DNA of 64,000 nucleotides from Camelus ferus. Its lineage: Eukaryota. The notes under the pieces are model-generated. The model searched no databases. It saw only the letters and a program-made list of their open reading frames with translations, and was not told the origin of the DNA. The position numbers and the translations under genes were made by a program. Of the stretch, positions 13,516 through 25,659 are shown one piece after another. How positions within the stretch are numbered: position 1 is the first letter of the stretch; each line of letters opens with the position of its first letter. The DNA lies in assembly GCF_009834535.1 (NCBI RefSeq), contig NC_045696.1, positions 2,978,001 through 3,042,000 of the forward strand, in the 5' to 3' direction.

Positions 13516-13670
13516 TGTGTGTGTTTGTGTATCCATGTGCATGCCTGTTTGCATGTGTGTGTGTATGCGCGTGTTTACGTGTGGTGCGTGCATGCAAGTG
13601 TGTTTGTGTGTGCACATATCTTTACTTGCATGCTGTGTGTGGATGCACGTGCACACGTGTGTGTGCACGC
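13516..13670. repeat. Degenerate (TG)n/(TGCA)n low-complexity tract
   Basis: Alternating purine-pyrimidine run. Confidence 0.85.
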
Positions 13671-14429
13671 TGGAGAAGGGAAGAATTCAGCAGAGGGCCC
13701 TTTCTTCCTTAGGGGAGGCCTTTAAATTTCTGTGCAGTCCCAAGTGCCCAGCCCTGGATGTCATGGGACCTGGGGGGGAGCCCTGCATCAGCTGACTGAT
13801 GAAATAAGAGGGAGTGCCCACCTGCCCTTGCAGACGCTTCCTGTTCCCTGTTATCTGGTTCCCATGAAGCGGGCTACAGTGGGGGAGGGGAAGCTTGTAC
13901 TTTTCATTTCACGGGATAGAGGAGGGATGGACGGATGGGGCGAGAGAGGGGGTGGCTTGTTGGCAAGTCTATTAGCTGGCAGGGGCACATCTGAGGACTG
14001 GAGAGCCCCAAGCCCCTGCACCTGCTCTGTGCCTGGCCAGGGCACGTCTCCCTCGCTTCCCAGCTCTGGTGCTCTGTGAGAAAAGCAAGGTGAGCCCCGG
14101 CAGCTGAGAGCTTCCCTGAGACGTCCAGCTGAGGTTGGGGAGTGCTTCTGTCACTGTGCCCTCCCCACAGGAGGGTCTGAGGGGGGCTTACAGAAGCCCC
14201 TCCATGCCAGCGGTCTTAGTGTCCCTCTCTGCCAATCAGAAGCCGGGGATGCTATAAACGTAGAGCTGGTCCAGGGGGTCGGCCAGTCTCTCTGAGGGCC
14301 CAGAAGATGGAGCAGCCCCGGGTCACCCCTGTCCTGTCAGCGCTGACTACCTGCTGGGATGGGGGCCTGAAGAGGGTGGGATATGAGCAGCCCCTGCTGG
14401 GCTAGCCGGACCCCCACACCTGCCCCTGG

Positions 14430-15200
14430 CTGGCGAGGAACAGTGCCGGTCCCCGCAGGGGCTGCGAAGAGCTCCGCACCCCCCGTGTCCCGCAGGTCTG
14501 CCCACCGGCTCCCGCTCCCGGGGTGAGTCCTCCGCGGTCGTTCCGCCGGAAATAAAAGGCTTCCTGTACCAGCCTCTGAACATAGGAACTCAGCCTAATC
14601 AGATTTGTTACAAGGAAAGCTCTGCCCACCGAATGGAAAAAATGCCCCCGTGCAGTCGCCCCTTCCCACGGGGCCGCGCGTAGGGACACCTGCCCTGCAG
14701 AGCCTCCCCGACCCCCGCCCGACTTGTCGGAGGCCGCAGCCGGCTCCAAGGACGCGCGGACCGCGGTCCCCCATCCCTGCCCGCGCCCCCTGGCCGGCAC
14801 CTCCCTCCACCCCCCGCTCTGCCTCCGCGACCCCGGCGCTGCCACCCAGGGAGGGGCCGCCGGCGGGCTGGCACAGCGAGGGGCGGGGGGGGGGGCGTGC
14901 CGGAAGGGCGCCCGCGGCCGGGCTGGGGAGGCTGGGGAGGGGGCTACCTTCTGAATGCGTCCATCGATGTCCAAGTAGATGGCCTTGGGCCGGTAGCTGG
15001 AGGAGCCGGTTCCCATCTTGCGCCGAGCGCTGCACTTGGACTTTTTACTGTACTTTCTCGACGCCAGCCGCCGCGGGGAGGGCGGGGAGTGGGAGGAGGG
15101 GGCGGGCGGCGGGAGGACGGCGGGGACCAGCCAACCAGAGCGCCGCCGCGCGCCCGAGCCGCTGGGCTCGGCTCCTCCTCCCGCGCCTCCCTCCTCCTCC
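14430..15200 (-). promoter_or_regulatory. PDE9A: CpG island / promoter and 5' UTR of PDE9A
   Basis: Dense CpGs and GC boxes (GGGCGG) surround the first coding exon. The 5' UTR reads GGCTGGCGTCGAGAAAGTACAGTAAAAAGTCC..AAGATG. No TATA box seen. Confidence 0.85.
14948..15016 (-). CDS. PDE9A: High-affinity cGMP-specific phosphodiesterase 9A, first coding exon (23 aa)
   Basis: Translates [23 protein letters not shown], matching the PDE9A N-terminus (human [23 protein letters not shown]). Kozak context AAGATGG; phase-0 donor AAG|GTAGCC. Confidence 0.97.
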
Positions 15201-15310
15201 TCCTCCTCTCCCTCCCTCCTTCTCCTTCCCCTCCTCTCTGCTCCTCTCTCTCATCTTCACCCCCTTCTCCTCCCCTCCCACATTAAGGCAAGCCTCCTCA
15301 TCTTCTCTTT
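15170..15310. repeat. Polypyrimidine/polypurine (CCT)n-rich tract
   Basis: CTCCTCCTCCTCCTCTCCCTCCCTCCTTCTCC..., almost purine-free on the plus strand. Confidence 0.8.
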
Positions 15311-15385
15311 GACTCCAGCTGACTTGGGGACAGGGCCAAGTGAGCAGCCCCTCTCCAGGTGCCCTCTGGACAGGTGCTTATAGCG

Positions 15386-15540
15386 AGCGACCCTCTCCGG
15401 CTGCAAATCTCATCACCTCCCCACGTGACCAGATCCGCATAGCGACCCCCTCTGGCTGCAGTGCTAGTCACCTCCCCCTGTGACCAGATTCCCACAGCGA
15501 CCCCCTCTGGCTGCAGGGCTGGTCACCTCCCCACAGGGAC
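15386..15540. repeat. 55-bp minisatellite, about 3 copies
   Basis: AGCGACCC(C/T)CT(C)..GGCTGCA...TCACCTCCCC units start at 15386, 15441 and 15496. Confidence 0.9.
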
Positions 15541-18500
15541 AGTTGCCCCCTGGGGCTCCTTTGAAGGTGGATACTCCGTCACCAGCAAGCACTTGGCTGG
15601 TGTGGGGCCCCTAAGCTAACTTACGGGCATTACCTAAAACCAAGCAGTACTTAACACCCGGAGAAGCCCCCCAGGTTCCACCTCTCTCTGCTGTGAGCAC
15701 TAGCCTCATTTAATTCCATTAGGAAATGGGGAAAGTTCCTCCTCATTCATGCACATCCTTGCCCTAAGTTTTCTCTGTATCCTCGGGAGTGATAGCCTCT
15801 TCCAGCTGCACCCGGAGCTGAAGTGGCAATTTTTGTTCTGTTCCTGATGTAGCCAGAGTGAGGATTACCCAGCCACCAGCTATTTGCTGGTTTCAGCACT
15901 GTTCTGGTTGCCAGCACTGCCCCCCACCTTTTTAATTGCTACAGGGAGTGTGGGAAAAGCAGGAGGGGAAAAAGGAGGGGTTTCAGGCAGCTCTTGACCA
16001 GCAGATCACAGCAGGGGCTGCCTTTGTGGCTCCCCAGTTCTCTTGGGAGAGAGAACAAGTTGCGGGGAGGGCTGGTGATGCTGAATGGCTCTCAGTCCCT
16101 GTTGCTTTTGGAAGCGAGTGTCGAAACCCACCAGAGAATACACTTATTGTTTTGTCCTAAGGGAATTGCAAGCCACTGTTCTCCATCTGTTGAATGTCTG
16201 GGGTTTGCTTGCAGAGAGAGTGTCTGGGACATACAGGCTCCCTCCTTCCTGCTGGTCTGCCTGGGCTAGGCTGTCCGTGGCCACGGCCAATGGTCTTTGC
16301 TCTCCCCTCCCTGGCCATCTGGCCTCCACCTGGTGAACAGTCACTGACTTTCCAGAGTCCTTCTGACCGCCTGGGGCGTTGGCCAGGCTGGAGCCGTGGG
16401 GAGTGTGAGGTTACCATCTCTAAGTGAAGCAGTCTTCCTCAGCCTTTGGACAATCCAGCCTGTGTTGCTTCATGTCCCCTGTCTGCTCTGGGGTAGGGGG
16501 TGGGAGGAGGCCCAGACTGGCTCTCAAAGGGTGATGACGGTTTTGCCTTTGCGTTCAGCACAGTAAAGGGACCACGTCAGAGCCTGGGCGCTATAAGGTT
16601 TGCTTTATATGTGACTGGGGGCGTGAGCGGGGCACCGGAGGCCTTCGGGGTGGAGGGTCAACCCCGCTGGGCGGTTACCGTCAGTCACCGGACTCACATC
16701 GATGAAAATGTAAGCCCAGAGCGTTGGAGGGGGCAGCGCTGTTGCTGCTCAATTTTATGGTCGATTGTTCTGATGCTCTTCGGGCTCATCCAGCGACTGC
16801 TCCGCGGGGCTGCTGTGCCGTGTGACGTGGAGACCTCCCTGGCCGGCAGGTGGCTCGTTAGCTCGGTACTTACCTACTCTCCATGTCTTAGGGTCATCTG
16901 ACCTCCCCTTCTCAGACCATCTCCTTCAAGTGCCCAAACACAGATGCAGCTCTTCAGGGCCACTTACCAGACCATTGGGGGGTGAAGTTCTGTGACTGTG
17001 TGTCCGGCACCACCGTGTGTGTGTGCGTTTGGGGAGGGAGGGGTCCTTATGCTGCCTGGCTGATTCTGCATTCAGAATAATAATCACGCCATGAATATTT
17101 GATCGACCAGGCTGCTGTCCAGTTACTCCATCCCTGAGTCAGCAGACCCTGCCTTTCCCCGGCCCGCCAGGAGCCGCCGCTCCGTCATCCATCAGTGCCC
17201 TCCTCGCTGTGAGCTGGTGCTGTTCTAGGCCCTGGGCATTCGGTGCAGGAAAACCCGAAATCCTCGGCCTGTGGAAGCTGACTTTTAGTGGGAAACAGAC
17301 GAGATGGTGAAAACAAATGCAACACATAGCCAGCCTATCGGGCAATGAAAGTCACACGGGGGGGGGGGGCGACATGGAGCGTGTGGGGCTGACACTTCAG
17401 GGCATGAGCACACAAGAGTAGCGGTGGAGCAGGGAGCTTGTGTGTGTCTGCGGGGGAAAAAGAGTCTTCCAACAAAGGGAGCAGCCTCCCTCCAAGGCTC
17501 CTCCCGCAGGAGGCCGATGGGGCTGCAGTGTGGGCTGGGGGCGGTGGAGTGGAGGGCTGGGGGCGGTGGAGGCTGGTGGGTCTGGAGTGCAGGGCAGGGG
17601 TGGTGGAGGGGCCTGCAGGGGATGTGGGGTCAGAGAGACGAGGGCGGGTGGCAGGTTCTCTTGTGGGCTGGACCACGGATGTGGTTCCACTCTTGGCTGG
17701 AACCATGCAGGAGGTTGAGCAGAGGCAGGAGGTGGTCCTCTTGCAGTTCAGCTGCTGCTGGATGGAGATGCGCTGCTGGGAGGGGCTGCAGGCAGACCAG
17801 CAAGGAGCTGCCCCCATAATCTTTGCAAAGAGTGATGGTGAATTGGGCCACTGGGGTGAGAAGTAGTTGGATTCTGCATTCCGTTTGGAGAGTGTTTGTG
17901 TCTTTCATGATGGCTCATGGCTTACAGTGAAGTTATTTCTGCTTTTTTGCTCCCCTTCCCTTTCACATCATGTGATTCTGCCTAAATTCATGCTCCTTCG
18001 TCGTGGATGGCCCCTGGGATAAGGTTCCGGGAGCTCACCCTCCCCTCTGCCCACACTACATCAGCTCAGCAGCTCCTTGGCATCCTTGACCTGCATTCCT
18101 GATCCTGGCTTGGCCGCCAGAATCGCAGCCAATGTAAGTTCCCAGAATCAAGATAAAACCGAAAGAAACTACCTGCCTCCACCAGGTCGGCTGGGGCTGG
18201 GGTGAGGAGCCTGGGTGGGGCAAGAGGCCTGCAGGTCTTGTGGGAACTTGGCCACAGAGTTCAGAGTCCCAGGGGAGTTACCGGGAGGGATGTTTCCAAC
18301 CGCCCCAGGCATCAGGGTGTGAGATCCTGCCCAGATCTTGCAGGGGTGGGGAGCAGGTGAAGGAGCTCACGGAGCTGCAAAGCCAGCTCCGGGGATCCAG
18401 CCTCCGTCTCCAGCCCCCACGTGGACTGAAAGTTTTTCCAGTAGTGGGCTCATTCCTGTATGCAGAACTCTCCCTCTAATTGCCATAAAGACCTCATCAA

Positions 18501-21500
18501 AGAGGAATTTCAAATTAAGGCATCAACCAAATTGCAGCGCAAAAGGCCCGAGCCCAGCCTGGGGCCTGAGGAGCCAGACACTGGTTCCTGGGCGGCACAC
18601 TCGCCAGCCCTTCGTCTCCGGCAAGGAGGAACGAAGCCACGGCGAGGAGGAAGAGGAGGGTCTGCCCTGTCCCCCTGGAGTGGGCGGCCACCGGCAAGGA
18701 TGCAGAGACTGGGAAGGAGTTCAGAGTACTCAGGGAAATCTAGATGGTGGATCTGAGGTGGAAGGAAGCGTCTGTCCAGAGTGGCCAGGCCGGGCCGGCA
18801 GCACCCAGCACCTCCCGGCATCATCCTTGGCCTGGGCGGCCCAGGGAAGCGGGTCAGCGGGTGGCTGCTGCTTCACCCCTGAGAACATCCTCTGCCTGTT
18901 CTCTCTCGGGTCTAACTGGGGCTTTTAATGGCTATTCTGAATATAATCCAGTCACTTCCTCTGCCAATTCTTCTGAACCGGGGGCTGGGGGAGGGTGCGT
19001 GGGGAGCGCAAAATGCATTTGTCAAACAAGCAAAATGCATTAGCGCCAACTGCATACAAGGCACCAAGCAGGCCTTGCTAAAGGGGCTGGGACATGTTAA
19101 AGGGGGCCTGGAAACACCGTGAGAGAGGATTAAAATTGATGAGCGGGTCAGAGGTAAGATGCTTTACGTTCTGGAATTCCCACCACTGGCCTCTGGGAGG
19201 AATCAGCCTGCTCGGCGCATATATAATGAACAGATCGCCCCATAAGCTGCTCTAAGCTTCTGGGAGAGCCACCTGGCAGGAGGCACCAGGACGGAGAGGA
19301 GGATGCGCCCTTTGGCAGGTCTGCCTGTAGCTTTCGTGCAAAGGCAGTGTCACTTTTATTGGAACAATATTTGATTTACACACATATTGACTTGTCTCTT
19401 TTTGTGACATTGGCAATTAAAAAATTATTACTAGTTGTAAATATTTCAAACAGTGCAGTCGAAAGGCACCGTCCCACCCAGGTCCCAGACAGGGACGCAC
19501 CCCTTCTGACCGGTCGTCCCAGGGGGTCTCGGAAACGCGAGTGCCGTCGCCCGCTCTTACCCGCTGACCAGGCCGCGTCTGTGCTGGCGCTGGGACTCTC
19601 CCCCACCGCTGGCTGTCACCAGCTCCTCACATACAGAGGGCGGCGGCTCGGACCGTCGTGTGTTTTACGAGTGTTTTCTATAAGTCGGTGCCCTGTCTTT
19701 CAGCTCCATTCACGGTAGCTTCGTGGCTGTACAGGCCGCAGTGATCCAGACCCTGCCGCGCCTCCTGCGGGCATTCTAGGTTTCTCGTCAGCGTAGAGAG
19801 CAAGTGTCATTTCTAATAGAAAACTGAAGAGACACAAAGAAAGACGTGACCTAAATTTCCGAAGATTGGGGCCGTCTAATTTAGTCGTGGCCCATTTGCT
19901 GAGGGGGTGTCCAGGGCAGTGGCTGTGCCAAGTGTGTCGAGGCCGAGGGAAGTGACGACACCACTGGTGACACAGCAGAATCCACAGCGGCGTCGACAGC
20001 CTGGCCGTCCAGGCCCACACACGGCCCGTTTGCCAGCATGAGTCCCGGGCCAGGCGCCGCAGGCTTCCCCGCTGCGTGAAGCTCTGTGAAAGCTGGCAGA
20101 GGGCTGGACCAATTTAGGGAGAGAATATGAAATGGCTTGTTGAGAGTGGTAGGGTTCTAGGCATTTTTAAAAAATGCTGTGATGCTATTTTTGCCATAAA
20201 ATGAGGCTAAGGGGAGGAGTTAGAGTGATAAATAATTAGTGTGCATGAAGCGGTAGCCGCCTGCTTTCTTAGAAGCGGCTGCGAGGAGAGAATGGGTCTG
20301 CCTTACAAATGTGGTGTCGCCACCTTCAGGGCTGGGACCGACCCTCAGGTCCCCTTCCGGCTGTGGTGTGAGCCACGCTGCTCGGCAGGGCCCTCAGCTG
20401 ACTGCCCTCACCCCCTTCCTGTGGACAGAACCCGCCTCTGTGGGCAGCTGTGGGTCAGGACCCTCTGCCGTCCTCGCGATCCATTTTAGTGCCTCCTTCC
20501 GGGGCCCCTGATTTCCCTCCGTCCTTCATCCCCAAGTCTTCTCAGTCTTCCCATGGGGCTGGTCTGCCTCTGTCACTTCCCCTCCCATCCCCTCCAGTGT
20601 GGCACCCCTGGCATCTACCATCTGTCCTGTCCTCCGTCCCCACCCCCCTGGGGACCCCAGATGCTCAGCTGTGACGTCCGTGACTTTGCACCTCATTTCC
20701 GCCGAGAAGAATGTCCTCCCTCTCTCCTCCCCTTGACCACCTCTTCCTTAAGATCCATCTTCCCCGAAACCCCAAGTCCCTGGACTGGGGCGGGGAGCCC
20801 CTCCCTGCGTCCCCGAGACCGGACGCCCTCCACGGCCCTGGCCGTGCAGCCCTGGAGGGCTGCGTGTCCTCTTGGGCCCGAGCCCTCACCGATCGAAGGT
20901 GGGGGAGGGACAAGGACTGGCCCAGGGCAGCCGTGGAGATGAGTGGGGAGCGCGTGCCATCGCGTGAACTCCCGTCAGCCTGGCGCGCAGTGGGAGCGCG
21001 GGGCTGGCTTGCCGTCCTTGAGGAGCAGCGACGTCGCTGGAACACGCGCCGCCCTGTGCGGTGTAGCTGCCGCCGACTCCCACTAAGCGATGCCCGTGAG
21101 GAAAGGGGGAATCTCGGGGCCTGCGACGGGGGCGGCCCGCCCCCCGGGGCTGAGTGGACGTGAGACTTCCTGGGGGTGAGTGCCGTTCTGCGACTCAGCG
21201 GCCACCGTTCCTTGTGTGCAAAGCTGGTGGCCTGTGTTGAATTTTTGACCTTGGCTTAATCGGCATTAAAAGCCGTACTCAGAGCCCGCTTTGCGCTCCC
21301 TCGCCCTTCAGCTAAAGTGGTCTTCCTGAGTTTCCGCGGAGGAAGGGGCTGCCTCATGCTGCCCCTGGGTGGCCTCTCCTCCGTCCAGCCCCGGGAGGGC
21401 TGTTCCCCGTCTGCCTCTCGGAGCCGGGGCCCCGCGCAGCTCACACGGAGAACCAGAGAATCACAGTCGCGCGGAGGGCCGCCCCCAGCCGCCGGCTCTG

Positions 21501-23744
21501 CTGCACCGGGGATCTGGCCCAGCCCCGAGAGCAGGGGGGGCCTCTGGGAACCCCGTGGCTCTTAGGCTGGGCCCCCTTCCCCTCTCACGGTGACAAGCCA
21601 CTCACTGCCTCTAACCCATCTCCCTCGGCTGCCACAGGGACCGGGTGCTGACCGTGGCTGCTGTCAAACTTCTGGACCACTAACTAATTGGTTTTCCACT
21701 TGAAAGGCTGTGAAGGACCCTGGCTGGCCCCTCCGGCCACTCACCTGTTAGGACCTCCCAGGAGGTGGCGTCTGGGAGACACTGACAGATGCCCTGCGGG
21801 ACTCAAGGCCCTTTAGCTGCCGAGGCCCCTGGCTCTCTCTGGTTGGGTTCCCTGCTCTCAGGTGGCGGGTGGAGCCGGGGAGCTCATCCCTGCCCAAGAG
21901 CTGCCCTAACTGGGAGAGGAAGCCAGAGTCATGTCGTTGGAAGTGAAGAGGTTCCAGGTGGGACGAAGTGGGGTGAGGTGGGGTTTGTGTGCTGTGGGCC
22001 TTGTCACCTGAAGAATGAGTCTAGGACTTGCCACCAGATGTGGCCACTTACCGTTGGCCCTCATTTCTGTGATAATCTCGTTTTCTCCCATCACCCTAAG
22101 TTCTTTGGCGAGGAGGGGATGGCTGCCCACCAGACGCCAACCCAGCAGCTGGTTTCTTTCTGTTTGGGCCTGTGGGTGGGCGTCGGGGTCTGCTCTCAGG
22201 CTCCCTCGCATCCAGCAGTCCCAAGGTGACTGCCTGCCGCTGCAGGAGTCGGAGCCAGTGTCGAGTTCATGCAAGAACCCAGACGACCCACTGGCTCGGG
22301 CCTGACTCAGTCGTAAGTCGGCCATCGCGAGTGGGACCCGCTGCAGACGGATGAACTCATTTCCAGAAACAGGCCACAACGTCTGATCTGCATGCAGACC
22401 CGCACCTGACCAGTCCGCAGTAGCGTCTACCTGGAGATCTTGGCGTTCCAACTTCACTGCAAGCTCTTTAAAGAGGAGGGTTGGGTCCTATTTATTCTGG
22501 GTGAACTTCCACAGAGCCTAGGAACGCTTTTAAATATTCTGAGCGCCAGTACAGGGGCCAGAGCTGGCACATGTTTTAGCGAAAGAAACTCTTTTGGAAA
22601 CTCAAGAGTTTGATAGTGGTCGTGCCCCTTGTAAATCTGTGACTCATTTCTTAAGCCCCCACCGGCCCCAATGAGCAGACGTTCCCTGTCCCGTGTCCCG
22701 AGAGTGTCCCTCTCCCTCCCATGCGGTCCAAACCCCACGGGTTTATGAGGCTCAAAGGGAGGGGCCTCTGCATCCTTCCTGCACAGCACGGGAGAGGGAG
22801 GGGTCTTGCTCGGCCCCATCACCTCCCAGGAAAGCAAGCAGACAAACTGCAGTGCCCCTCCTCGGACACGGAGGGAGGGCTGGATGCTGCAAATGACTGG
22901 ATGGTGGAAGAGGGAGATCTTTACAGAGTAAAATCCTGTTCCTTTTTCTGTTTTTTTCTTTCTTAGCAGTTGAGCCATTACTGATATTCGCTCATTTAAA
23001 TAATTTGGGTCTGAGCCACGTGACACGGTGATGTTCCAGGCACCCCTCCCATGGTGGCTTTAGGGAGTGGGGTCGGGAGACCCAGCTGTTAGCCACCTCC
23101 CCTCAGAAGTGTACCCATCGTCTGCGGAGATGGGAGACCAGCTGTCCCCATGATCCACAGCCACTGGGACCTCCTCCCTCCTACTCTGTCCCCTCTTTCT
23201 TTCTTTGATTTACTTCATTAAACTCCATCTGACCCGTGGACTTCCCTGTAGTGCCCTCCCCTTCCTCTGGCCCTGGGGGAAAAGGCTGTGGGATCAGTCC
23301 CGGCCCCCCAGCCCCCTGGCCTTTGGGGTGAGACCATTCTCACCACCATGACACTTTCCTTGACCAGAAGAGGCTAGAGTTTTACAAAGAAGCTTCTAGT
23401 AAGTTAAAAAGGATTTACCAAAGTTTGGAAACTTGAACTTGCGATGGCCTGTTTCTGATCAGAACTTCATGAAGGCCAACCTTGAAGCAGGTGAATGGGC
23501 AGGACCTCCTAGCCTCTGGGCCTGGACAAAATTCAGACAATTGCAAACAAATGCTCTTTGAATACAGATTAGGGTGAAATACCAGGCCAGGAGCAGGGAG
23601 CCGGGAGCCAAAAATATATGTAGCTGGGCCCCTGCTCTCTGACAAGGTCACAGGCAGACAGAGGAGGAAGATATGTGAGCAAGAGCTAGCACCCCATGTC
23701 CTCTCACCCATCCCTGCACACACACAATGCACGTGCTATTAGTA

Positions 23745-24270
23745 GAGGTTTGCAAAAAGCTCTGTCAGTAAATAAGACAGGCAGATTTATCCCAGCCTGG
23801 GACTTATATTCTAGTGAGGAGACAGACAATATCTACCTGGGACTTATATTCTGGTGGGGAGATAGACAATAAACAAACAAGAGATGTATAATGCCAGGAC
23901 AAAGATAAAACCTATGAAGGGAAAAATAAAGCCAAGAAGGAGGATAGAGGTTTCCCTGAGCTGCTATTTTAGGTATTGTGGTCAGAAGGCATCATAGAGG
24001 AGGTGACATTTAAGAAGAAACACAAATCCAGTGAAGGAGAAGACTTGTTCACAGGGAAAGCTGTCCAGAAGGAAGGAGTGGAAACAGGGAGGGCCAGAGG
24101 CAACCAGCGCTGGGTGGGGAGATGTTGTAGCAGAGGCCGAAGGACAATCGGGGATCACAGCAGGGATTGGGCTTTTATTCTACGTGTAACCAAAGCCCCT
24201 GGAGCATTGAAAGCTGTGGAGGGAACTGAGCTGACCTGGATGCAGGTGACACATGTGTAAGGAGGCTGGG
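23745..24270 (-). mobile_element. L2 3' fragment with an internal 40-bp tandem duplication
   Basis: AAATAAGACAG...GACTTATATTCTAGTGAGGAGACAGACAAT(AAACAAAC)...GGAGGTGACATTTAAG. CCTGGGACTTATATTCT occurs at both 23796 and 23836. Confidence 0.7.
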
Positions 24271-24309
24271 AGGACCAGAGCAGCTTCTGGACCAGCAGGT
24301 CCTGGGGTG

Positions 24310-24470
24310 TGGGCAACCAGGGTTTGAGTCTAGCTCTTGCTTGCTGGGCAACGCTGGATCAGTTGCTTACCCTTCCTGAGCCTCAGTTTTCTTCTCTTGT
24401 GAAATGGGCCTCTCTGTGAAGTCTGCAAGGATTACATGGTAGAAGATGTGTAGCACTCTCGGCCCCACGC
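24310..24470 (+). mobile_element. MIR SINE
   Basis: GGGTTTGAGTCTAGCTCT...AGTTGCTTACCCTTCCTGAGCCTCAGTTTTCTTCTCTTGTGAAATGGG. Confidence 0.7.
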
Positions 24471-25659
24471 AGCACGACTTCATCCACACCTTTCTTTCTC
24501 TCCTGCTCACTCACTTCTCTCTCCTGCTCCCTGCATGACAAGCACTGGATCACTGCTGCCTGGCTCCCTGCGTGACAGGTACTGGGTCACTGTTGCCATG
24601 GCAGATGTAATTTCTTCCCCTCGGGAGAGTAGGTTTAAGAATTGCTGAAGAGGCTCCTTTAGAGCGCTGAACACTAAAGAAAATTCCCGCTCCCACGTCA
24701 GGGCAGTGGGCAATCGTTTTCCTCCCTCAGACGCTTGGGGACACGGCGTCTGGCTGGGGGCGGGGGTGCCGGCCAGGGTCCACCTGTTGTGAGGATCCCT
24801 GGGGCACAGCCCGGGCTTTCCCTCCCCTCGCTGCCTTCCGGGAGGGGAGCTGGTCCTGAGGTCAGCCAAAGCACATGTGGGACGCCGTGTGCACAGCATC
24901 ACCCTCTTCAAGGCGATCTCCCTGGCGACCAGGCGTGCACATTCCCGTGACATTTATGCGCAACCACTCTGTGCGTGTGGTGATGAAACACACCTGGGGG
25001 TTGCTGCCTTTGCTGTTTCAACATACATTTGCTGCCCCACCTTTTAAGCACAAAGGTAGGGGTGGGTCTAACAGCCCACCAGCAAAACTTCAAAGTGGCA
25101 TCTTGAATGTAACGAGCAGAGTGAAGAAACACCACGCACAGGAAAGTTTGGTGCTTTGGAAGAAAGTAGATCGGAATTCTTCATCTATGAGGTGTCCCAT
25201 AAAAATGTCAATTTTGGATGATATGACACGATTCCCCAAATTTCTTTTCTTTCTAAAATCTAGGACCAATGAAACATCAGTTACATCCAGTGCTCATCAG
25301 ATGCTTCGTCTGTAAATGACAGAATCTCGAACCAAATAAATGTAAGCCAAGACAGTGCTCTGCCTCGGCACTGAGGAGTCCGGGGGTAGCTCTGTCTCCG
25401 TCTCCTCCCAGTGTGCTTCCCCATGCAGCCGGGGTCACGGCTGGCTGGCTGCCTGGAACTCACATCCCACCAGCCCGTCACCCAAGCAGAACGGGAACTT
25501 GGTGGGAAATGTGCTTTCTTGGTGGGAGAGAGAACCCCGAGGGGCCAATTCGTGGTCCAGCCTGAGTCACTTCAGCAGAGCGGGGCGCCCTGGTTGAGGT
25601 GCCTGGGTCACTCCACAGTAACATCCATGAGTCACAGGCTAAATCCGCTCGTTATACTT

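Larger units (their letters stand above)
1..14947 (-). other. PDE9A: PDE9A intron 1 (continues beyond the window start)
   Basis: Begins at the GT donor (14947-14946) after exon 1. I did not find the expected exon 2 peptide (VIFSKYC...) in the window. Confidence 0.85.

Noticed and set aside
14402..15016. 204-aa ORF as a full protein
   Set aside because: Only the first 23 codons are PDE9A. The rest is read-through past the GT donor into GC-rich intron.
15386..15540. Regularly spaced repeats as a CRISPR array (also 29285-29450 and 36337-36440)
   Set aside because: Whole units are repeated with no unique spacers, there are no cas genes, and the context is mammalian. These are minisatellites.
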